DNA from: Antedon mediterranea
Taxonomy: Eukaryota > Animalia > Echinodermata
Reading direction: 5' to 3'
Assembly: GCF_964355755.1 (NCBI RefSeq)
Contig: NC_092678.1
Location: forward strand, 14,224,371 to 14,288,370
Length of the DNA: 64,000 bases
Every line of letters begins with the position of its first letter. Within the stretch, counting starts at the first letter, position 1. This document shows positions 29,101 through 41,500 of the stretch, in pieces. The notes under the pieces were generated by a model that saw only the letters and a program-made list of their open reading frames with translations, did no database searches and had not been told where the DNA came from. The translations under genes were made by a program, and so were the position numbers.

Positions 29101-32100
29101 GATTCTGTGCACATAAACTTTGCAGAACCATCTTTGCAACAATGAGGACAGGATTGATAAATCCTAACGGATCGTAAATGGAGCTTACGGTCTTGAGAAC
29201 AGTTTGTCTGGTAAGGAGATAATCATTTAGTTGCACTCTAAATTTTAACTCATCACTTTCGATGTACCACGATATGCCTAACACTCTTTCAATTGGTAGA
29301 GTGTCCGACTTCACATTGATGTTATATAATGACTTCCCTCGTTGTCCTTCTGGAATACAGCTAAGAACTTTCCTATCATTTGAGATCCATTTATGTAGTC
29401 CCAAACCGGCTTCAGCACATATACCTGTACTATTTTTTTTATTAAGCTTATTGCTTCATCAGCTGTAGACAGGAACTTTAAACCATCATCGACGTAGACA
29501 TCATTCTTTTTTAAGTTTGCTGCTTCTTTTCCATATAATTCTTCACCATCGTCAGCAGCTCTTTTCAAACCAAAATTAGAGCAACCCGGTGAGCTAGTTG
29601 CTCCGAGCAGATGAACCATCATTCTATATTAAATTACTTCTTTTTTTAGATTAATTTCTTTAAACCACAGGAACCGCACGAGATCTCTATCCGCATTAGC
29701 AACAAAGAATTGATGAAACATTCCCTTGATGTCAGCCATTATTGCGACTTTATCCTGTCTAAACCTCAGCAAAATTCCAAGTAGACTGTTAATTTGGTTC
29801 GGTCCGGGCAACAAACGTTCATTCAATGATGTACCTTGATACATGGCAGAACAGTCAAATACCACTCTAATTTGACCAGGTTTTTTTGGGTGATATATTC
29901 CCGTGTGGTACATAGTTTATTCTTCCGATAACAGGCTTTGTGTCTTTAGGAACTTACTCCGCTACATCCGTCAGTACATCCTTCATGAAACCAAAATAAT
30001 CTTTCATGAACTCTGGTTGCTTTGTAAATCGTTTTCTCAGACCGTTGAATCGTTTAACAGTCAATGGTTTATTATCAGGAAGATTTACTACATTCGGTGA
30101 ACGGAGTGGTAAGGGCATCTCGTAATGTCCGTCACTTCTCTGACAAATATTACCACTCAGGATGTTCAGAATGATTGATTGAAATTTATATTTATACTGG
30201 GTAACCTCTTCAGTCAAAGACTGGTCTCCCAGATGGCCCAGTTGGTGATCAGTGGATGTGATGTACTAATACACCGGGGTAACCCCCTACTCGTCTCGAA
30301 AGATGTACTAGGTTCTTTAAAGTGCACACGAGCTAGATGTGTACACTGGACCTACAGTTTATAGTCCTTATCCGAGAAGACTCGTTCTACCACCAGAACC
30401 ATGGAGTGAGTGAGCCTCGAACCCCTGCCGATGTTATGGCTACGTAATTACGGTTCCACTGTCTTAACCGCTCTGCCACTCACTCACTCATCAACCGTCT
30501 TTCGTCAACTGACATGGGAACACCAACACTTCTATCTGAAAAATCAACTTCCATCATTTCTTTAATGTGAATTGGTGATTTTATTCTTTATGTTTAACAG
30601 TGTTAGTAATGTAGGAAACCAAATGATGAGACATAATATCCTCCTGTTTAAAAAGGGTGCTAATTATTCCCCAGTCAAGTATAGATTGTTGAACATATGG
30701 ATGGTTTTCTTCACCAGCAATAATGTTCTGAGGTCGTAGTACACAGGGCACATTATTTCCTATCAACAAGGCAACTGGAACATCTTGCATATGAGGCACA
30801 ATTTTATCAGCAATTTGGTTTAGGTGATCCCACTTTTTCGCTACCTCTGGTGTCGGTATCTGTGACCTTTTAGGTGGTATGCTATGTCTGCTTTTTTCTG
30901 TCAAAGCTTACTATTTCGAGATCAGCTACCCTTATACAATCTATTAAAGAACATGAAGCATGCATGGTAGAAAGTATAAGTTGTGTGAGATGAGATTTTA
31001 CACCCAGTTTACCAAACCATATCTTCTTTAATAAAGCAGGTATTGCTTTGTGAGTCTAAGATACAGTAAACCAATCTTTCGGATATACTACCTCTACCTC
31101 TAACCCATGCTGGTAAAATCATAGAGTTGTCATTGCATACGGTTTCATCTCCGCCTACCACAGTGCATTTGCCATCTACACTCGCTAGCTTGTCGAAGGG
31201 AAGGCAGGATACATGTCCTTTGCTATTACAGTGATGACATTTCACTTCAGTCTTGAAGTGCGCTGAAAAATGACCACCAGTACAACACCTAAAGCATAAT
31301 TTTGATGGAAATATTTTTTCTTTGTATACACTGGCTGGACATTAAAGGATTCACGTTTGTCTAATGAATGCGAGGACTTACAAAATATTCTCAGCTTCGG
31401 CAACTTAACCTCGTGGATGCAACTCTTTTGTCACTTCATAATGCGACAACTCCGACATATTAGTGTATTCTTCTCTTTCAACCACATTCAAAAGTGGACA
31501 GAGCTCTGAGTATACTTCACGCAGTATTATCTGTCACTTATGACACCCTCATTGGGTTCTACGGCATCACTCACAGCGTTGATAAGTATGTGCAACCGCT
31601 TCCTGCTGCTGAGAGACTTGTAAGTGTTTTGATGTCCATGTAGTTGTGTATGTTCATAAATCATGGGTTGTGAAGAATAGATAATGTTATGTGTATGCTT
31701 CGGAGGTGGATTGCAGCTCCACCTAAATTAAGATGAAGTCATGTCTCGTAAACTGTAGGATTGTTTATTTTAATAACACACATTCCATATTGAAGACAAA
31801 TGCTGGGTATACATTAACGGATATCCTAGGTTTCCGTGCATATACAGTATCTTGAAAGTGGGATGAAATTTCAAAATTATCAATATTAATATTACTGCAA
31901 TCATTTGTAACTACATTTTCCACATGGCTTAGGTCTAGACTATATTCTTACTTAAGTTATCACTGCCCTTGTCATTGTAATAACTGATATATTTTGAAGT
32001 CCTCTTGTTTTATGTGCTTCAACATAGAGTATCCTATTAATAAGCTTTTTCTATGAATCAGTGTTGAGAGGTTGATTTTGCATTCCTGTTTTCAGAATTT

Positions 32101-34375
32101 TCTGCTTGTTTCTCTTAGATTTTAGGTTCATTGATTAGATTTATGGTATTAGCGGCATGTTTTTTTTTTTTTGCTTATGTTCAACAGTGAACTTCTTATT
32201 ATGTCTACTTTTCATACCATTAGATTCAGATTTGGAAGATGATTCGCCTAGACACTCTAACGAGTTATTCAGTTCAATTGGTGATGTTGATAAGGGTGTG
32301 TTTACTGAATCTGTCTTTGTATTTAGCTATGGCCTCTTGTTGGCCCATGCTTTGTAATCCACACCCTGCTCCTATATGCACTCTGTTGGTTAGTGATAAG
32401 TTGTTAGCACACCAGAGAATAACTATAGAAAATGGAAGAACAAAAAAAGAATAAAATTAACAACCCATTTCATCGATATAGCGTTCCGTAAAGTCGAACG
32501 AACTCCTTCCATAAGAAGCGAATGGTCGGTCAAGTCAATTACCATGGCTCGCTTAAATTTTCCAATACGCTCAGGTGGCTTCTCGTCTAGAGAGATGTGG
32601 CTGCTACGCGACCCATTTATTAATGACCAAATTCCTCTGTCCTTTATATCACAGCACAAACGTCGTTTAGCCAATCATACACAAGTTAAAGGCATCATCA
32701 CGTCCATAAATGTGTACATAACGTGTTTTTTTTTGTCACATAAAGTTTGCTATAGTAGACAGAGCTTAAGCCGGTTGCAATAAGTCAAATACCCGTCATC
32801 GTTATCTCGTACGTCAATAGTAGTAGTAGTAGTAGTAGTAGTAGTTTGTGCACTAAAACGAAAACGAAAGTGTATCATATCTCAGTTACGTAATAATATG
32901 TCGGCATACAAAGTCAAATGTACTTTTTATCGCACCAGCTTCAATTGTTATGTTACTAAGAGGACTGGGACAGTGACGATGATTATCAAGTTTCTGAGTT
33001 CCAAGTTGATCCATTGACTACCGGTGTTGACTCTGTGGACTATGTGGTGATCCTGCTATTGATGATTTTCACTTCATCTACGTGTACATCAGTTAGCCCA
33101 TCGGTTTAGGCTTGCATGGGGCCAAATTTGTAGGTTACATTTTCCTCTCTTTTAGCACATGGCTGATAACATAACAGTAGGCTTTTCTGATACAAAACTA
33201 GGCATTATATGCAAAATCAAAATATTAAAATAAATTTGTGCAACGCGACAATCACATCGTATGTCTTCCGCACTAACTTGTAAATTGAGGGTAATGTAAT
33301 TCTATATCGGAAGTCGGAATTTACCCATGTCGATTGTGTAACCTTAATAGATTACCTCAAAAGAAAGGAATATTGTTTTCAATTGTGGTGTACTCGCAAT
33401 CTTTAACACTTACATACCAAAGAAATTGTCACGACAATATGGTGTAATTGGTCAATGGTGTATTCCGAATTATTGTTTTACAGTGTATTAACAGTACCAT
33501 GCGGAGAAAATGTAGTTTGGCCAGAATAAAATATAGCAGCCACACGTCAAAGTGAATATGGCACAATTACGCAATCAAAAAATACAAGCTATATGTACTG
33601 TATAAACTTTATTATTATTAATTCTTTATAGGACGAAAACACCCCACTGTGTGAATACATGCGTTCAAAAGAACCTACTTTAGAAATAGTGAAGTATCTC
33701 ACGAACCAAGGTGCATCATTAACAGCACTAAATAAGGTAATATACATATAATGTTTTATTGATACACCCTCATCTTTCAGTATTTTTTATCTCTGGTGCG
33801 CGTGCGTACAACTGAGGACTAGTGCTGTTCCACCGTACCACGCCGAGAATATTAAAGAGTCGCTATCCAATCGAGTTTGAACAATACCATGAAAGCCCCA
33901 GTGGTCTAATGGTTAGGACATCTGCATAATGTGCAGCCAACCGAGTTCGAGTCTCGGTTGGGGCGACTTTTTCTCATTCTCACAGATTTCCTCATCTTTA
34001 TCGTTTCAAATTAATTAATTAAATTTCAGTATATCACAGGGCGGTTTAGAATTAATGTTCATTGCCTGATTTGTTTATATATATAAAAGCATCTCTTCGG
34101 AGATCCCGCCTCGTGAATAAAAATACTGAAAGATGAGGGCGTATCAATTTGTTCTCTGGTGCGCGTGCGTACAACCGAGGACTAGTGATGTTCCACCGTA
34201 CCACGCTGAGAATGTTAAAGAGTCGCTATCCAATCGAGTTTGAACAATACCATGAAAGCCCCAGTTGTCTAATGGTTAGGACATCTGTATATCAAGCAGG
34301 CGGTCCGAGTTCGAGTCTCGGTTGGGGCGTCTTTTTCTCATTCTCACAGATTTCCTCATCTTTATCGTTTCAAAT

Positions 34376-34411
<36 letters not shown>

Positions 34412-35038
34412 TATATATTATTATAACTGCCGCAATCCCAATGAATGCCCGCTCCCAGGTAACTGCCTAACAAAAGGTGTAGTTTACCAAGCTACAATAA
34501 AGAGAGAAGATTCATCAAAAGAAGAAACATATGTCGGACTAACTGAAAACCAGTTTAAAACCAGATACAGAAATCATACGTCTTCATTCCGGAACGAAAA
34601 ACTAAGAAATGCAACGGAACTCAGTAAATATATATGGACACTTAAAGACTCTAAAACAAATTACTCAATTAAATGGAAAATTATAAAGAAATGCAAACCT
34701 TACTCAAATATTAATAAAGGATGTAATTTATGTATATATGAAAAGTATGTTATTATATGTCAACCAGAGCTATGCTCACTGAATCGTAAGAACGAGTTAG
34801 TCTCTACTTGTAGACATATGAAAAATTTTTTACTAAATTGCAGATCCAAACAGTTTATCTAAAACAATAGTCTATTGTATACGACTTCCTGATGACTCAC
34901 TTCTATTAAGCACTATGAGACAACTGTGTCACTTATGTTTTATATTTCACCTGAAGAGTGCGGCTAGCTACATGCTGGTCGTACGAAACAAATTTGTAGT
35001 GATTAAAACAATGAAGTAACCAAGGTTTCTGCTGTTAT

Positions 35039-35120
<82 letters not shown>

Positions 35121-38100
35121 TATATAAGGCATAGTTATAAAGGCACGCCTCCAAAATCTGTAGGGTACAAAGCAGGAATGGTTGCTTATAAAGCAGGACA
35201 TTTAAAACATATATATATATATATATATAAATATATCAGAAATATAAGGGCTTGTGTTGCTCGAAAGCTCTGCTAACTTTTCGGGCATTCATTGGGATTG
35301 CGGCAGTTACATCCGCTTTTTTTCGCGTTGGTTTCAGTAGACTTTTCTTTGGCTATCACATATTTGTTGTGTGCGTTAATTACTTTGTCTACGCTGGGCA
35401 TGCAACTGTAGCTTAGTTTCAAGGTATTTTTGTTAAATATTTTTCTGAGCTTGTTGCCGGCAGGAAAACAATCTTCTACTATAGCTAAAAACTTGTGGCC
35501 GATGTTGGTTGCTACGTTTTTGCTGAATGGTGGGTTAAACCAAATTATGTTTCTGGTACGTGATTTTTTGTGCTTCTGCTGTTCAGCATTGAACTCAAGT
35601 TGATGATTGTATCCACTTTCTTTGAGGGCTTCCTGGTATAGGGGTGCAGATGCATGAAATATATCTTTGTCTGATGAGATGTCAGAAAGGCGTTTATTTA
35701 TAGCAAGTGGGATGTTTCGGATAATAGATGGAGGATTATATATATATATATATAAATCCAAAGGCAAATTACTGAAAAAAATGACAATGCTGTGGGTATC
35801 AGTGGCTGGATCTCAATGGAGATACAAAAATAAAAAGCGAAAAGCTAAATCAAAACGATAAAGTAAACAGCCAGAAAAGTTAGCAGAGCTTTTGGGCAAC
35901 ACTAGCCATTCATCAGTACAAGTGAAGGAATTTGGATAACGTCATAGTATAAAGCTGGCAGGTGCTGCCTGGGTGGACAGGAAAAAAAGAAATATAACAA
36001 AGGGAGCCAGGGTGGAGTCTGAATAAGAGTGGAAAACAAAGAAGGTAGCTTGGTAGAGATATAAACAATTTTGGAATGAGACTAAAAAACAGCTTAAAAG
36101 GTGGTTAATATTGAAACTTAAATGTTGGTAGTCAATGGAATAATTTTACCGATCTGGGAGTATGTTCCTAATGTTAAGTCCAAAAGGTTTTGTGGTTTTA
36201 AGTAGTAATTCCCAGTGGTTTTCTTTGTCTTTGCGAGTTTTGTCGCTCCATTTGACATTGTGGTCTATTGCAATAACTCTGAAATTTGCAATCGAGTGAC
36301 CAGCTGAATTAAAATGTTCGGCTACAGGTTGATCAAGCTTTAATGTTTTGATAGCTGATCTATGTTGTGTCATTCTCATACGGAGAGTGTTTTTTGTTTC
36401 TCCGACGTACTGTTTGCCACAAATATTACAGTATATGAGATAAATGACGTTTTTGGTTAGACAATTAATTGATTGTCTTATCCGAAAAATGCGGCCAGTT
36501 TGGTTACTCTCAAATTTTTCAGTAGAATCAACCAATGAACAAGTTTTGCAAGATTTGCCGCAAAGGTGACTGCACAAATTTTGGCTGTCATGAGAGTTAA
36601 TTTCACTCTTAAATTTGGATCTGACTAATATATCACGAAGGTTGGGAGATCTACGAAATGCAATAATGGGTGGTTCCGGAAAAACAGTCCTGAGACGTTC
36701 TGTGGACTGTAGAATGGGCATATGTTTCTCAATAATAGCCCGTAATGGAGGCAACCTAGGGTGGTAGGTTGTGACCAATGGCACTCTGGTCGATTTTTTT
36801 GGCTGACGTGGTTTGTACGTCAGTGTTTGACATAGAGGAATATCTTTTGCTTTCTTTATAGCAGTGTCGATGTATTCCTTCTTGTAATTTATATTCCGGA
36901 GATGTACGGTTAGTTCTTCGGTACGATTCTGAAAATCTAAATCTGAAGAACAGATACAGTACGTCTGATACGTAATGCTTGACTGTACGGTATGTTTTTA
37001 GTACAGTGTCGGGGGTGACAACTGCTAGGGAGCAGGTACATATTTTTATCCGTGGGTTTACGGAATAGGTCAGTTTTGAGTGTACCATTTTCTATGGTCA
37101 CTACAGTGTCCACAAAATCAACGCTACTAGTGGATTTGGTAGCTGTAAATTTGATAGTTGGGTGGGCTGAATTAATATTGAGAAGAAAAGATTCCAAATT
37201 ATCTTCACCATGGGTCCAGATCATGAAGATGTCGTCAATGTATCTAAACCAAACAAGTGGTTTATTTGGTTGGAGGGACAGAAAATTGGCCTCAAATTGT
37301 CCCATAAATAAATTTGCAAAAGATGGCGCCATTTTTCTGCCCATCGCTGTGCCATGAATTTGAAGGTAATGGTCATTTCCAAAAATAAAATTGTTGTTGG
37401 TTAAAATCAACATGATCAGTTCTCGTAAATGAGCTTTAGTAGGCGTTTTGCCTGGAATTTGTATGTAATTTAAAATACATGCGTCGGCTCCTTCTTCGTG
37501 AGGGATATTAGTATACAATGATGAAACATCTAATGTAGCCAGAAGAGAATTATTAGGTAAATTTTGAATTTGGTTAATTTTGCGGATAAAGTCCGTGGAG
37601 TCCTGAATGTATGAAGGGAGATCAGTCACATATGGTCTTAGTAAATCATCCACATATTCAGAAATTTTCTCTGTAGCAGTGCCATTGCCCGAAATAATGG
37701 GTCTACCAGGATTGCCTGCTTTGTGGATTTTAGGTAGGAAATAAAATCTGCCTGGAACTGGATTGACCTGTGCTAAATGAGGTCCAATCTTAGGATCGAT
37801 GGAGTGTTTTTTTACCATCACAGAAACAGATTTGGCCACCTTATCCGCAATTTCCGGGGTGGGATCCGTTGTAAGTTTACGATAATGAAGAGGATTGTTT
37901 AGCTGTCTTAAGGACTCCTCTTCATAAAATATGATGTCCATGGCAACAGTGGCAGAACCTTTATCAGCTGGTTTAATGATAATATCATTACGCTGACGCA
38001 ATTTGGCAATGGCCTGCCTCTCTTGTTTTGAGAGATTGTCACGTTTATCTGGACTCGGGACGTAGTTTTGTACATCCTCCTCAATAGCCTGAATAAATGT

Positions 38101-38466
38101 TTCTAAAGCGGGACAACGATTTTTAGGTGGATTCCAGGAACTTTTTGGTTTAAATGTGTTAGCGTTGCCTTCGTTTTGCGTGGTGCTGCTATCTGAATCA
38201 GCAAAATGTTCACGTAATCGTAATCTTCTGGAGAAAGACTCCATATCCAAAGATAGTTGTTGTGCGCCGACCTGCCTTGGTTTTGGACAGAATTTAAGTC
38301 CTCGGGAAAGAAGTTATATATATATATATATATATACATATATATAAATATATATATATATATATACAAAATTTGTGATGTCCCCTTCGGGCCATTGCCG
38401 TTGATTGCTTACGGCAATTCATTGGCGATAATCCTGAGTTTGTTTTGAAACTCGGATGCAGGAAGT

Positions 38467-38504
<38 letters not shown>

Positions 38505-41500
38505 ACTTCCTGCATCCGAGTTTCAAAACATATATATATATATGAGAACTTCCTGCATCCGAGTTTCAAAACAAACTCAGGATTATCGCCAATGAATTGC
38601 CGTAAGCAATCAACGGCAATGGCCCGAAGGGGACATCACAAATTTTGTCTACCTGCAGACTTGGTCATTTCAACACAAATGACTCTACCTTCGGATGATT
38701 TTAGGGCGTTTAGGAAACCCTGCAGAAGGTTCGTTCGGACTTATAACAAGAATCGGAGCAACACCTCTGATTCAGTTGTTGAAATTAATTGCCGACTTTC
38801 CGAAGGAGAGAAAAAACTTCTTTCCCGATGACTTAAATTCTGCCCAAAACCAAGGCAGGTCGGCGCACAACAACTATCTTTGGATATGGAGTCTTTCTCC
38901 AGAAGATTACGATTACGTGAACATTTTGCTGATTCAGACAGCAGCACCACGCAAAACGAAGGCAACGCTAACAAATTTAAACCAACAAGTTCCTGGAATC
39001 CACCTAAAAATCGTTGTCCAGCTTTAGAAACATTTATTCAGGCTATTGAGGAGGATGTACAAAACTACGTCCCGAGTCCAGATAAACGTGACAATCTCTC
39101 AAAACAAGAGAGGCAGGCCATTGCCAAATTGCGTCAGCGTAATGATATTATCATTAAACCAGCTGATAAAGGTTCTGCCACTGTTGCCATGGACATCAAA
39201 TTTTATGAAGTGGAGTCCGTAAGACAGCTAAACAATCCTCTTCATTATCGTAAACTTACAACGGATCCCACCCCGGAAATTGCGGATAAGGTGGCCAAAT
39301 CTGTTTCTGTGATGGTAAAAAAACACTCCATCGATCCTAAGATTAGACCTCATTTGGCACAGGTCAATCCAGTATCAGTCAGATTTTATTTCCTACCTAA
39401 AATCCACAAAGCAGGCAATCCTGGTAGACCCATTATTTCGGGCAATGGCACTGCTACAGAGAAAATTTCTGAATATGTGGATGATTTACTAAGACCATAT
39501 GTGATTGATCTCCCTTCATACATCCAGGACTCCACGGACTCTATCAGCAAAATTAACCAAATTCAAAATTTACCTAGTAATTCTGTTCTGGCTACATTAG
39601 ATGTTTCATCATTGTATACTAGTATCCCTCACGAAGAAGGAACCGACGCATGTATTTTAAATTACATACAAATTCCAGGCAAAACGCATACTAAAGCTCA
39701 TTTACGAGAATTGGTCATGTTGATTTTAACCAACAACAATTTTATTTGTTGAAATGACCATGAATTTGAAATTCATGGCACAGCGATGGGCACAAAAATG
39801 GCGCCATCTTTTGCAAATTTATTTATGGGACAATTTGAAGCCAATTTTCTGTCCCTCCAACCAAATAAACCACTTGTTTAGTTTAGATACATTGACGATA
39901 TCTTCATGATCTGGACCCATGTTGAAGATAATTTGGAATCTTTTCTTCTCAATATTAATTCAGCCCACCCAGCAATCAAATTTACAGCTACCAAATCCAC
40001 TAGTAGCGTTGATTTTTTGGACACTATAGTGACCATAGAAAATGGTACACTCAAAACTGACCTATTCCGTAAACCCACGGATAAATGTACCTGCTCCCTA
40101 GAAGTTGTCATCCCCGACACTGTACTAAAAACATACCGTACAGTCAAGCATTACGTATCAGACGTATCTGTTCTTCAGATTTAGATTTTCAGAATCGTAC
40201 CAAAGAACTAACCGGACATTTCCGGAATAGAAATTACAAGAAGGAATACATCGAAACTGCTATAAAGAAATCAAAAGATATTCCTCGATGTCAAACACTG
40301 ACGTACAAACCACGTCAGCCAAAAAAATTTGACCTGAGTGCCATTGGTCACAACCTACCACCCTAGGTTGCCTCCATTACGGGGTATTATTGAGAAACAT
40401 ATGCCCATTCCACAGTCCACAGAACGTCTCAGGACTGTTTTTCCGGAACCACCCATTATTGCATTTCGTAGACCTCCAAACCTTCGTGATATATTAGTCA
40501 GATCCAAATTTAAGAGTGAAATTAACTCTCATGACAGCCACAATTTGGGCAGTCACCTTTGCGGCAAATCTTGCAAAACTTGTTCATTGGTTGATTCTAC
40601 TGAAACATTTGAGAGTAACCAAACTGGCCGCATTTTTCGGAAAAGACAATCAATTAATTGCCTAAACAAAAACGTCATTTATCTCATATACTGTAATATT
40701 TGTGGCAAACAGTACGTCGGAGAAACAAAAAACACTCTCCGTATGAGAATGACACAACATAGATCGGCTATCAAAACATTAAAGCTTGATCAACCTGTAG
40801 CCGAGCATTTTAATTCAGCTGGTCACTCGATTGCAAATTTCAGAGTTATTGCAATAGACCACAATGTCAAATGGAGCGACAAAACTCGCAAAGACAAAGA
40901 AAACCACTGGGAATTACTACTTAAAACCACAAAACCTTTTGGACTTAACATTAGGAATATACTCCCAGATCGGTAAAATTACTCCATTGACTACCAACAT
41001 TTAAGTTTCAATATTAACCACCATTTAATCTATTTTTAAGTCTCATTCCAAAATTGTTTATATCTCTACCAAGCTACCTTATTTGTTTTCTACTCTTATT
41101 CAGACTCGACCATGGCTCCCTTTGTTATATTTCTTTTATTCCTGTCCACCCAGGCAGCACTTGCCAGCTTTATACTATGACGTTATCCAAATTCCTTCAC
41201 TTGCACTGGTGAAGGGCTTGTGTTGCTCGAAAGCTCTGCTAACTTTTCTGGCTGTTTACTTTATCGTTTTGATTTAGCTTTTCCCTTTTTATTTTTGTAT
41301 CTCCATTGAGATCCAGCCACTGATACCCACTTTAACGATAAAGTAAACAGCCAAAAAAGTTAGCAGAGCTTTCGGGCAACACTAGCCCTTCATCAGTGCA
41401 AGTGAAGGAATTTGGATAACGTCATAGTATAAAGCTGGCAAGTGCTGCCTGGGTGGACAGGAATAAAAGAAATATATATGTGCGTGTGTGTGTGTGTGTT

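Noticed and set aside
34149-34423. N-terminal part of the 237-aa ORF as a real fusion protein
   Set aside because: It is chance read-through of the tRNA-like repeat and (TA)n into the Penelope fragment.
34885-34932. Second hammerhead (CTGATGA) or a SECIS element in the Naiad 3' region
   Set aside because: No GAAA follows the putative stem II, there is no convincing SECIS stem, and the visible coding part has no in-frame TGA.
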